Of a stretch of DNA of 20,000 nucleotides, positions 1 through 10,237 are shown one piece after another (position 1 is the first letter of the stretch; each line of letters opens with the position of its first letter). The stretch is from IMG/VR virus record IMGVR_UViG_3300002231_000068; one strand, 5' to 3'. Origin of the DNA: an uncultured virus (IMG/VR IMGVR_UViG_3300002231_000068) (taxonomy: Duplodnaviria > Heunggongvirae > Uroviricota > Caudoviricetes). Below the pieces are notes generated by a model. It saw nothing but the letters and a program-made list of their open reading frames with translations, searched no databases and was not told where the DNA came from. The translations under genes and the position numbers were made by a program.

Positions 1-3000
1 ATAGATACTGCAACTGATTCTGCAACATTCTTGAATTTGTTTAATAGTCTACCAGTTGTTTCTACTATAGATACATTGTCATCAACAATTCTACTCATCT
101 CTCTTGATTTATCTACAGTCTCATTGATGATTACTGCTGGCTCTGTAATTGTTTTGTTGAATGTTCTTACTGGCTGTGAAGATTCTCCAATAGATACATT
201 CTCTATTACAGATACGAATGTGTCCTTCTTAACAGATATTGATTCTGTAATTCCTACTTCATCTATTACATAGTGGTTTAGTTCCTCTATGTGTAGAGGT
301 GTTCTTGTTGCAAACACGTTATGCTGGAATATGTTTTCTTGATATATCTTGGTCTCTTTCTCTTCAATGTCAGATTTGTAATATGTTCTCTGGAATATTG
401 CCTTTGGATAACCAAATGAAGGTTGCTGGAATACATCTGTTTGGAATATTCTGTATACTAAGTTTCTATCAAATATGTCACCTTGGAATATATCGCTTTG
501 GTAAATACTACTGAATACTTTCTCTGTCTTTTCTCTACGTCTACCACTTGGGAATATTGTGTATCTGTCTTGGAATACATTACTTTGGAATATGTCTGCT
601 TGGAACGGATTGTATACAAATGAAACAGTTCTCCATCTGAATGGTACTGTAGTATCTATAGACTTTACAGTATCTAATATTACCTGTACCTTTTGAATAA
701 CCTTCTTTGTTGTTTCTATTAGTGTTACATTCTCAGCCACTGATACTGTCTTACCCTTACCAGAGAATGTTGTCTCTGTAATACCGACACTATCGCTTGC
801 AGTCTTAACAAATCCAAATCTATGTGCTTCACTGTCTGTAACTCCGACTGTATCATATATCGATTGTTTGATAACAGTAGGTGCTTGGAATACATCTGCT
901 TGGAATACTTTCTGTTGGAATATCTTTGTCTGTACCTGTCTAGTATCTCTAACTTTCTGGAATACATCTTGCTGGAATACATCTGTTTGGAAAGTGTTAG
1001 GTATTGTGGTTGTAACAAACTGTTTCTGGAATACATTACTCTGGAATACATTAGATTGATATACTTTCTTAACAGTTGTACTAGATGGATCCCATAGTTT
1101 CTGGAATACATCACCATCAAATATATCAGTCTGGAATATTGCTGGGATAGTAAATATTACTTGTTCTTTAAACTCTTTAGTGTAAGTCTAATATTTCTAC
1201 ACTATCATTGACTGTAACTGATTTTGGTGTTGCCCTTGCTAGTGTTTCAGATATTGCAATATTTTCTGTTACTGTTGCTTTAACTGTCTTCTTTACAATA
1301 GAGTTAACTTGTTCTGATATTCCTACACTGTCAACCTCTGTCTTAACATCTCCCTTTACTATTGTTATTACATCTGTAATTCCTACAGTGTCATATACTG
1401 CCTTTGATCTACCTATTGCAGTTTGGAATACATTGCTCTGGAATATGTATGGCTGGAATACAACAGTTGATTGTTTTAATTTGTTGAATGCTTCTGTTGC
1501 AAATATACTTGATTGGAATACTCCACTTTGGAATAGTGCTGGTATAATATCTGTAGTAAATGATGCAGTTTGGAATACATCTCCATCGAATATGTTAGAC
1601 TGGAATACTTTTGTAACAGTTGTACTAGATGGATCCCATAACTTTTGGAATATATCTTGGTCAAATATATTTGTCTGGAATACTCTTGGAATTGTAAATA
1701 TTGTTTGTTTCTTAAATGTATCTGAGTAAATATCTTTTACTATAACATTTTCTGTTAATGTAACTGCCTTTGGTGTTGCCCTTGCTAGTGATTCTGTTAA
1801 TGAAATAGTATCTGTTACTGATTTACTAATTGTCTTTCTTACAACACTGTTAACTGCTTCATTTATTCCTACACTATCTACTACAGATTTTACAAATCCT
1901 TCAATCTTTAATGTTGCTTCACTTATTCCTACATTTTCTATTATAGTCTTTGGTCTAGGTATTGCAGATTGGAATACATTAGATTGGAATACGAATGGCT
2001 GGAATACAACAGTTGATTTCTTTAATATGTTAAATACATTTCTTGTAAACACTTTACTTTGGAATATATCTGCTTGGAATATTGCTGGTTTTAGATGTGT
2101 ACTGTATGCTTTCTGGAATACATCTTGGTCAAATATATTTGTCTGGAATAGTTTAGTAATTGAAGTACTAGATGGATCCCATAGCTGCTGGAATACATCA
2201 TTATCGAATATGTTTGTCTGGAATATTCTTGGAATTGTGAATATTACTTGTTTCTTAAAGTGATCTAAGTAAGTGTCTATTATACTTACAGTGTCATCAA
2301 CAGTTACAAACTTTGGTACAGATCTGTTATTTAGTTCTGTAATTCCTACAATGTCAGTTACACTCTTTGTTATTGTTCTTTGTTTTAATACACTAACAGT
2401 TTCAACTATTCCTACAGTGTCAGATTCTTTCTTTACAAATCCTTCTACCTTGTTTGTTGTTTCTATTATTCCTATTGTATCATATACAACGTGTGATTTA
2501 CTGATTGGTGCTTGGAATACATCAGAGTCAAATATGTATGGCTGGAATACAAATGTAGATACCTTTCTTGTATCATATTCTTTTTGCCAGAACAAGCCAG
2601 CAAATACATTAGATTGGAACGGTGATTGTATGATGAATTTATTAAATCCAGTACCAAACACATCTGAATCAAATACATTACTTTGGAATATTCTTGTAAT
2701 AAGCCTATGCTGGTCGTATCTCTTCTGGAATATATCTTGGTCAAATAGATTAGTCTGGAATACATTGTTAACAAAGAATTGAACTTGTTTATCTTTTATT
2801 GCAGTTGTTTCATCTATTCCTATTGATTCACCTATTGCTAGTTTCCATGTTCTTTGTTTGAATATTGGTGTTGTATCTACAACAGACACACTGTCGTTAA
2901 CACTTCTTGCAAGTGTTCTTGCTCTAGATAATGTTTCTACAATATTGATAGTATCTGCTGGTCTCTTAGATGAACCAAATACAACTCTTAATGTTTCAAC

Positions 3001-5530
3001 TATATTCTCTATTTCTTCAAGATCTTTCTTTATTGGTGCTGGTGATTGGAATAGTGGGTATTGATAAATACCTGAGAATACTGGTCTTAATGCTGTGACA
3101 GCAGTATCAAATGCTTTGGTCTGGAATAATTTGTCTTGGAATACATTGCTCTGGAATAGTTTCTTAACAGCACTTGATGTTTGGAACCTTGCTTGGAATA
3201 TATCAGATTGGAATATATTTCTCTGGAATAATCTGTTAAGTGGTGCTGTCTTATCAAATGTTTTCTGGAATATATTACTTGCAAACACATTAGTTTGGAA
3301 TATAGAACCTACAGTTCTTTCTAATGGTTGTAGTTTTTGCTGGAATATATCTGACTGGAATACATTGCTCTGGAATATTATTGGTTTAATTGCATTCTTA
3401 TCATATGTTTTCTGGAATACTTTATTATCGAATACGTTAGACTGGAATATTTTATTTACATAACTTGGTGTTATTGCATAGTGTTTTGGTGTACCAGATT
3501 CATTTATGTTAACACTATCTGTTAATGTTCTTAGTATTGTTCTTGCTCTTACCACTAATTCATTTATGTTTTCTAACTCTGATATGTTCTTATACCATGG
3601 GAATACAACACTTTCTGTAACACTAATATTTTCATTAACTACTCTTATTCTTTCTATTGGTTTTAATCTAAACTCAGTTGTATTAACAACTTCATCAACT
3701 ACTCTTACAATACTTCTTATTCTTTCTGTTGTTTCAGATACATTGATTGTTTCATCTATCTGTTTATGTTTCTTGTAAGCAACTGTTTCACTAACATTAA
3801 TATTGTCTGATGATAATCTAACAATACCAAATACTTTTGTAAATAGTTCTGTAATACCTATTGTATCACTAGATGTTTTTACGAAACCTTCACGTGGAAC
3901 TGCTACATCTGTAACTCCTACAGTGTCTGTCACTGATTTAAATACATCTGTAATTATTCTTTTTGCAGTTGTTTCTGTAATTCCTATAGAATCTAATGGT
4001 GATGTCTTAACAACTGGTACACTTGTTTGGAATACTAAGTTTTGGAATACACCTATCTGGAATATGTTTTGTAGTGAACCAAGTATTGATTTTAGATATC
4101 CTTTACTTTGGAATACAGTACTTTGATAAATACTACTAAATACTTTTGATACTGTTTGTGGGTTAAATGCTTTCTGGAATATGTTTTGCTGGAATACATT
4201 TGTTTGGAATACTTTAGTAATTTCAGGTCTACTAATTAAGTATCTCTTTTGGAATATATCTTGGTCAAAGATGTTTGTTTGGAATAATTTAGCTACAACN
4301 TTTGGATCTCTTACAGATTCACCCACTGTATTTTCTGTTACAATTAATGTATCTGCTAATACTTTATTCTTACCTATTGCAATGTTTACACTTTTCAGTT
4401 ACACTCAAACTATCTGTTGATGGTGTATCTGATAAGTCTCTACCAGTTGCATTCTCAATGTAATTGTTTTGTTCTGTAATACCTACACTGTCAGATATTG
4501 TCTGTGGTCTACCTTTAGCGAACGAAATAGATTCTGTAATACCTACGTTATCTAATGATAATTTTTCTTTCTCTATTGTTTGATGGAATAAACCTTGCTG
4601 GAATACGCCAGATTGGAATACACTTCTATTAACTGTTGTTTTATTATAAGCAGTTTGGAATACATCACTATCAAATATACTACTGAATACATTTGGTACA
4701 CTCTGTACGTTAGATGCTTTCTGGAATATGTCTTGCTGGAAAACATTAGTCTGGAAAACTTTTGGTGCTGATTCTCTAACTCTCTTATACTTAAACTGGA
4801 ATATGTTACTTTGAAATATGTTATTTTGAAATACCTTAAACACATACGTTGTGTCTGTTTTAATATTATAAACTGTAAATTCGACTATGCTTTCTACATT
4901 TTGCAGTGGCTTACTCCGAGCCCTTGTATGATAAAATGCCTCAGTTATTCTTTCTAAATCTTGCCTTGATTTTGTTTTACCCATGACCTTGTATACTTGC
5001 ATAACAAGTTGTACTGCGTCATATGTTATTCTTGGGAACCCTATTGCTTTTGGTTGAGTTTCTTGTACTCCTATTATTTCTTGTATTACTTTAATTAGTG
5101 AGTTTGGTACATCAAATATATCACCTTGGAATAAACCAGATTGGAATACATATTTACCAGCGTTAGCTACTTGATATGTTTGGAATAATACATCTTGGAA
5201 TATGTTTCTTTGGAATAATTGTCTTGGATAAACATTTATTATGTGAGGTTGCTGGAATATATCTGTGTCAAATATGTTAGACTGGAATATTTTAGCGATA
5301 GTTCCATATGATATTTGTGTATATTGTTTTTGGAATAATAACTTACTGTTGTATGTTTTTTGAAATATGTTTGTTTGAAATGGGTTTCTTATATATGTTA
5401 TAGATGTAGGTGCTTGTTGAAATAAATCTGAATCAAAAATAGACCCCTGAAATGTTTTACCAAGTGTCTGATTTATAGAGAAAAGATCATTATCGAATAG
5501 GTTAGTTTGAAAAACCTTTAGGAAAGCCAT
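1..5530 (-). CDS. Giant dual-repeat protein, putative long fibre (>1,840 aa, 3' end outside the window); frame breaks at 4392-4395 (+1) and ~1185 (-2)
   Basis: Track ORFs 4370..5530 and 1177..4326 join (…SVTESVNIAIGKNKVLADTLIVTENTVGESVRDP…) on removing one A. After 1185 a third segment not listed in the track (YTKEFKEQVIFTIPAIFQTDIFDGDVFQKLWDPSS…) is open without a stop to base 1. The same two repeat types run throughout. Confidence 0.8.
560..2790 (-). repeat. ~543-546-nt (181-182 aa) intragenic super-repeat, about four units
   Basis: GTACTAGATGGATCCCATA (plus strand; encodes WDPSST on the minus strand) occurs at 1078, 1622 and 2165, with spacings 544 and 543. The flanking peptides align (FKKQ.IFTIPR.FQTNIFD.D.FQ.LWDPSST; STVVFQP..FQSNVFQ; LARATPK.VT). 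Confidence 0.8.
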
Positions 5531-5539
5531 TTGAGGCTA

Positions 5540-5546
5540 CTCCTTT
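5540..5546 (-). promoter_or_regulatory. Shine-Dalgarno-like motif before the giant repeat gene
   Basis: AAAGGAG lies 9 nt upstream of the ATG at 5530, within an 18-nt intergenic gap that has no TATA box. Confidence 0.4.
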
Positions 5547-5548
5547 AT

Positions 5549-8491
5549 CTATGCTTCACCGTTTAATTGTAGGCTAGCATCTGTTGCTGTCATTGGCTGG
5601 TGTCCATGGTTGAATGATATATCGTTTGAATTGTGATATTTCACTCTGATGGAACTGAATGCTATTCTCTTATTTCCAGAGTCTTTACATCTAATTCTAT
5701 AGGATGTAGTGTCTGCGATTGGAACTCTAATATAGTTTGATTCGCCATCTGTTAATGCTGATACGTTAATTGTTCTTACTGTGGTGTAAGTTGGTTCTAC
5801 ACTATCTGATGTCTGGTCATCGTTACGTTTCTGTATTTCTAATTGTGTTGCTGTCATGATGTCAGTTGTTGCATTAGATGATGCTCCGTTATGTGTATAG
5901 TTTTTCTTTAGTGGAACTATATCTATATGTGATACATACTTTCTTGGTGTATCTGCATAGTAGTAATATCTGAACTGTGCTTGTTGTTCTTGTGATCTGG
6001 AGTGATGATACATTCTTAAGTATCTCCAGTAACCACTGATTACAATTACTCTCTCATCATATGAACCGTAATAGTTTTCATCAAAACATATTTCCTCCCA
6101 GTCATCTGAACTATCTCTAACGAATGGAGTAGAACTAGAGTCTGTAGGTGAGAATGTTGAACTTGATTGTGGTTGTGCGAAGAACATAAATGAACCATAT
6201 CTGTAATAAACTCTCATTATGATTGTTCTGTGTGCATAAGTACTAAAGTCTGCTTGTCTGTAAGCATCGAACTCATCATCCTCAAAGTTTTGTCTTCTAA
6301 CATTGTAATAGGTTTGTGTGTAAGAGTCTAATGAATCTGAATCGTTATCCCAGAAGTTTGTATGAGTTGAACCGTCTGTTGTTTCCCATGTACCACTTGT
6401 ATTCCAAGTGTATGTGTAAGGGTCTGAACTTGAAATATCTTTCTTCCAATCAGATTGATGACTTCTACTTCTACCATATTGGTTATTTTTCCATTGTGCT
6501 TCTCCGACATAACAATCTATGTATGGGTTTGCTTCGTTTGGAGAGACATAACAGTCTGCACCCCATTTCCATTCAACGTATGGTGTCCAATTATCATCAC
6601 TTGATACTGAACCTTCATTATACCAATAATGTGCTGTGCTTGTTGCTCCAGTTCTATTCATTGTTGGAACTCCACCTGATTGTGAACTTGATTGTCTTTG
6701 ATATAAATTACAGAATCTCATGTATTGACCAGACCAGTTATCATCTATATCGTTGTTAGGGTCATTTCTCATAGCGATGTGAACTCTAGCTGTTGAAGAG
6801 TTTGATTGACCACGATAAAATGGTGCTGGAATAGTATAACCGTCAGCTGCATCTGTTTTTGTAGGTGCTTCTAACTCTACTAAGAATAAATCTTCTGTTC
6901 TTGGTGTATAACCATCAAAGAAAAATTCACATTTAGTTGCACCAGCTTTACCAGCTGTTGTACCTAATGTTGAAACATCTATCCAGTTTTGTGAACGTGC
7001 TCTAAAGTGTGATGTTGAGTTTTCTCCATAGATAACTCCTCTAAGTCTACCAGTTGGACTACCTTCTTTCCATAGCCAGAATGATACACTTCTTAATGGA
7101 TAACCGAAATATTTAACCCAATTAAATTCTGAATCTCTTTCTCCGTTGAATCTATTTGTAACTGCTGGATGTTCTTGTGAATCTATTCTGCATCCTACTG
7201 CATCCCAGAAGTTTGATGATTCGTTACCAATACATTTATGGTCACTGTTTGTGTTTTCAGTTCCAGTGACTGGGAAGTTTCTAAAGATTGTTGCTCCATG
7301 CATTTCTCTTCCACCAATTTCTACGCCTGATGGTTTAGTTCCAGTTGCATCTCTTTCCCATGCTCTTCTTGTTAAGTAATAAGGTGCTGACATTGTTCCG
7401 TTAGAACCGTTCCAGAATTGAACATAGTCTACTCTTGCATCCATCATACCTTGACCACTTGTGGTTCCGTTAGTACCTGACATTTTAATATATCTTAGTC
7501 TTTGGTCGTTTTGGGTTGTAGAGTTTCCATCTTCTGATTCGTCTGGGTCAGTAAAGTAATTCTTTGCATCTTGATCTTGATAATATTCATCTACACATTC
7601 TCTAAAGTCTTGGTCTGCATATCTTCTAAAGAAGAATCTGTTTCCATGTCTTATAATTTCAAGGAATACTCTTGTTTTGTGTGCCCATGCATTGTTTGTC
7701 TGTGAATAGTTAATTGAACCACCCATTGAATCATCTCTAGCATTATCTCTTGGATTTTGTGAACCATAACATGAACCCCAAGTCCAGTCGCCTGTTGATG
7801 TAGATGCTCTATAAACAAATCCTACAAAGTTTTGTGAGTCATTACAATCTTTGGTTTCATCTTTTGATGATAGTCCAAAACAAATATCTCCCTGTGTTCT
7901 TGATGATTGGTTTGGTCTAAATGTAAATCTTAATGTCCAGTTTCTTACGTCTACTTTGTTATCTCCTAATAATGCGTATAAATCATAAACTGATGTTGAG
8001 TCATCTGCTTGACCATGTAGTGAACCACCTGAAACATATGCTCCATCTCCAGAATGTGTCCATCCAGAAGTGTGTCCAGTTGAAAAGTCAGAACGATATG
8101 TTGCAAACTGATCTCTCTTTCTGTTTTGTACATTAACTCCTAATACTGGTTCATAACTTGAATATTTTCCTACTGTATCATAAGCCATTACTGCTGATTT
8201 AGCTCCTACACCAGAACTTGATGCTAATTCAGCTGCTACTCCACTTGCGTTGAAACCGATTGTTTTGTTTGCTGAACCGTTTGCTAGTGCTGATAATGGT
8301 ATAGTACCACTTGTAATTTCAGAACCTTCAATAGTTGCACCGACACCAGCTGCTACCCAAGCAGAACCGTTCCAGATAAAATCTTTTTTGGTATCTGTTT
8401 CTGTAAAAACTGAGTTAACTGCTACTGTAGTTGGTTTTGTATCAGCTGCTACACCAGTTATTCTGTTGCCTGCTAAATATTTAATTGCCAT
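5549..8491 (-). CDS. Large multidomain tail fibre/receptor-binding candidate (980 aa)
   Basis: Short N-terminal anchor-like module ('DTKPT...SVFTETDT...FIWNGSAW') followed by aromatic- and Asp/Asn/Ser-rich beta-sandwich-like domains (e.g. 'NWTLRFTF...VFLEIIR...ARVDYVQFWNG'). It lies in the fibre cluster. Confidence 0.6.
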   Translation of the reverse strand: MAIKYLAGNRITGVAADTKPTTVAVNSVFTETDTKKDFIWNGSAWVAAGVGATIEGSEITSGTIPLSALANGSANKTIGFNASGVAAELASSSGVGAKSAVMAYDTVGKYSSYEPVLGVNVQNRKRDQFATYRSDFSTGHTSGWTHSGDGAYVSGGSLHGQADDSTSVYDLYALLGDNKVDVRNWTLRFTFRPNQSSRTQGDICFGLSSKDETKDCNDSQNFVGFVYRASTSTGDWTWGSCYGSQNPRDNARDDSMGGSINYSQTNNAWAHKTRVFLEIIRHGNRFFFRRYADQDFRECVDEYYQDQDAKNYFTDPDESEDGNSTTQNDQRLRYIKMSGTNGTTSGQGMMDARVDYVQFWNGSNGTMSAPYYLTRRAWERDATGTKPSGVEIGGREMHGATIFRNFPVTGTENTNSDHKCIGNESSNFWDAVGCRIDSQEHPAVTNRFNGERDSEFNWVKYFGYPLRSVSFWLWKEGSPTGRLRGVIYGENSTSHFRARSQNWIDVSTLGTTAGKAGATKCEFFFDGYTPRTEDLFLVELEAPTKTDAADGYTIPAPFYRGQSNSSTARVHIAMRNDPNNDIDDNWSGQYMRFCNLYQRQSSSQSGGVPTMNRTGATSTAHYWYNEGSVSSDDNWTPYVEWKWGADCYVSPNEANPYIDCYVGEAQWKNNQYGRSRSHQSDWKKDISSSDPYTYTWNTSGTWETTDGSTHTNFWDNDSDSLDSYTQTYYNVRRQNFEDDEFDAYRQADFSTYAHRTIIMRVYYRYGSFMFFAQPQSSSTFSPTDSSSTPFVRDSSDDWEEICFDENYYGSYDERVIVISGYWRYLRMYHHSRSQEQQAQFRYYYYADTPRKYVSHIDIVPLKKNYTHNGASSNATTDIMTATQLEIQKRNDDQTSDSVEPTYTTVRTINVSALTDGESNYIRVPIADTTSYRIRCKDSGNKRIAFSSIRVKYHNSNDISFNHGHQPMTATDASLQLNGEA

Positions 8492-8493
8492 GT

Positions 8494-9345
8494 TTATGCC
8501 ACCTGTACCTCGTTATATGAGCCTGCTTTCTTAATCTTAATAAATATTCCGTCATTGTTTGAATCTATACTCTTAACATATACAAGGCATTTGTTAGCAC
8601 TTGGGTCTGCTGGTGCTGAACCTACTCTGTCTAAGTCTATTGGACTGAATACATCATTTCCGTTAATTTTAAATTTCTTACCACTTGCAATATCTACGTT
8701 TTGTGATATGTCAAAGTCACCAGTTGCGTTTGTATATGTGATGGTTTTATCTGTACTACCTTTGATTGTAATACCAGCTCCATCTGCTAGTGCATCTGTA
8801 GGACTTGCTGTTGCAGCTAATTCTATGTTTTTATCATCTACTGATACTGTTGTAGAATTAATAGTTGTAGTTGCTCCGTTAACTGTTAAGTTTCCAGATA
8901 GTGTCATGCTTGCACCTGAGATTGTACCTGTAAATGCTGGGCTTGCTGTAGGTGCTCCACCATATTGATACCAGTTTGTTGATTTTCTAATGAAAATTGC
9001 TGGTTCAGTAGTACTTAAGTCTAAGTCTCCACCTGATTTTGTATAAATATTACCAGTTCCATGTTTTATTGTTGCTGTACCAGTTGTAGTTACCCATAAA
9101 AGATCGTTTTCGTTTGTATCTGCTGTTGCAAAAGTTGCAACATCTGTTGAACCTGTTAATGATATTACAGAGTTTGTTACTGCTACACTTGTTGCTGATG
9201 CTACTGTTTGTGCTGTAAATCCTAACATTCCAGCTGCATCTGGGTCTGCGTTCCATTCATTAGTACCGATTGGTGCTGATGGATCGTCAGGGTATGCTGA
9301 TGCATCTACTTGTGTTGCGTGTTTGAATATTGCTTTACGTGCCAT
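8494..9345 (-). CDS. Putative tail fibre/virion structural protein (283 aa)
   Basis: Thr/Ala/Ser-rich beta protein containing 'LSGNLTVNGATTTINSTTVSVDDKNIEL...ADGAGITI', a motif I recognise from fibre-like proteins of marine phages. Confidence 0.6.
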   Translation of the reverse strand: MARKAIFKHATQVDASAYPDDPSAPIGTNEWNADPDAAGMLGFTAQTVASATSVAVTNSVISLTGSTDVATFATADTNENDLLWVTTTGTATIKHGTGNIYTKSGGDLDLSTTEPAIFIRKSTNWYQYGGAPTASPAFTGTISGASMTLSGNLTVNGATTTINSTTVSVDDKNIELAATASPTDALADGAGITIKGSTDKTITYTNATGDFDISQNVDIASGKKFKINGNDVFSPIDLDRVGSAPADPSANKCLVYVKSIDSNNDGIFIKIKKAGSYNEVQVA

Positions 9346-9346
9346 T

Positions 9347-9445
9347 TTAATCTATTTTAACTCCTTTTTTTACGATAACATTTTCAGCAGTGTGTATTTT
9401 ACTGTCAGGGTTATCTTTTTGTTGTTTTAGAAATTTAAATCCCAT
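9347..9445 (-). CDS. Uncalled 32-aa ORF MGFKFLKQQKDNPDSKIHTAENVIVKKGVKID
   Basis: This ATG...TAA frame fills the gap almost exactly: it starts 5 nt after the stop at 9451 and ends 1 nt before the ATG at 9345. Confidence 0.6.
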   Translation of the reverse strand: MGFKFLKQQKDNPDSKIHTAENVIVKKGVKID

Positions 9446-9450
9446 TTTTA

Positions 9451-10185
9451 TTATGCTCCTTCGAATGTGTGGTTGACAAATACTTTAAGTGTATCGTTTC
9501 CAGTCTTTTCGAAGGCAGATGCAAAGTTAAAGTGACATAATAATTTAGCTGCGTTTGCTGGTGTTGTATTTCCAGCACCGTCAACAATTACTCCACCTTT
9601 AAGGTCTGTTGCGCCTGTAGTATCAAAGTCTCCAGTAGCCCAGTTATATGACCAAGTTACCTGATCGTTTGCACCACCAGTGTTATCTGCATCTCCGTCA
9701 TTGAAACGAGGATAGTTAGTTCTTATGTTTTTAGTAGTATCAATAGAAGCGTGAGAATCATCATATGCACCAGATTGGAAAGTTGTTCCAGATGAACCAG
9801 ATACTCCATAAGTATCTCCTTGGTTTGGTGTGACAGTTGCACTGCCTAAAATCATACAACCTCTGGTTGGTTTTGAACCACTTAATGCAGAAACGTGAAA
9901 TGCTATTCCGTCTGTTTGAAAGTTAGAATCAGCATATGCAGTTCCATCAGAGCCCTTTAGGGTGATTTTCTTTGCATAATAAATATCTCCGTCTGATGTG
10001 ACTAAGTTATGTGTAAACATTGTTTGTTTGTGGTATGTACCGTCACTTTCATATGTGCCTTTTACGATTGTAATATTATCATTTTTGTTAAATTCTACGC
10101 CTCTACTTGAGTAGTTTGGTAGTTTGTCTTTCCATGAGTTGAATTTCTCAATACGCTCATCAGCTGTATTTTCTGTAATTCTCAT
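9451..10185 (-). CDS. Putative tail-tip/fibre-attachment structural protein (244 aa)
   Basis: 'HNLVTSDG' near the N-terminus and 'LLCHFNF...EKTGNDTLKVFVNHTF' at the C-terminus resemble small proteins that precede or anchor tail fibres. Confidence 0.55.
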   Translation of the reverse strand: MRITENTADERIEKFNSWKDKLPNYSSRGVEFNKNDNITIVKGTYESDGTYHKQTMFTHNLVTSDGDIYYAKKITLKGSDGTAYADSNFQTDGIAFHVSALSGSKPTRGCMILGSATVTPNQGDTYGVSGSSGTTFQSGAYDDSHASIDTTKNIRTNYPRFNDGDADNTGGANDQVTWSYNWATGDFDTTGATDLKGGVIVDGAGNTTPANAAKLLCHFNFASAFEKTGNDTLKVFVNHTFEGA

Positions 10186-10207
10186 ACTAATCTAACATAG
10201 TTTGGAG

Positions 10208-10221
10208 TATTTAAAGATTTT
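10208..10221 (-). promoter_or_regulatory. BRE/TATA promoter for the tail-fibre unit
   Basis: AAAATC-TTTAAATA, with 22 nt between the box and the ATG at 10185. AAATCTTTAAATAC is identical to the tail tube promoter. Confidence 0.7.
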
Positions 10222-10237
10222 GTGTATACGCCTATGT

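Noticed and set aside
1078..2183. Diversity-generating retroelement template/variable repeat pair
   Set aside because: The repeats are in-frame coding duplications that differ at all base types, not only at adenines, and no reverse transcriptase lies in the window.
31..4420. Plus-strand ORFs rich in WNT/WNI (e.g. 1208..1729, 2273..2782, 3095..3463, 3803..4126)
   Set aside because: They are antisense shadows of the repeat gene: TGGAATA translates as W-N. They lack promoters and are fully overlapped by the long minus-strand ORF.
725..4845. Minus-strand 'MYSR/YSK'-repeat ORFs (725..1120, 1476..1664, 2472..2774, 3087..3290, 4573..4845)
   Set aside because: They are alternate-frame readings of AAT GTA TTC CAG (N-V-F-Q). 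The FQ frame is continuous and consistent throughout.
300..5340. Dense recurring TGGAATA motif as a CRISPR array, iteron set or protein-binding-site array
   Set aside because: The motif is only 7 nt, irregularly spaced, and always in one codon phase of the minus-strand ORF ([IVL]-F-Q). There are no 25-40-nt repeats with unique spacers.
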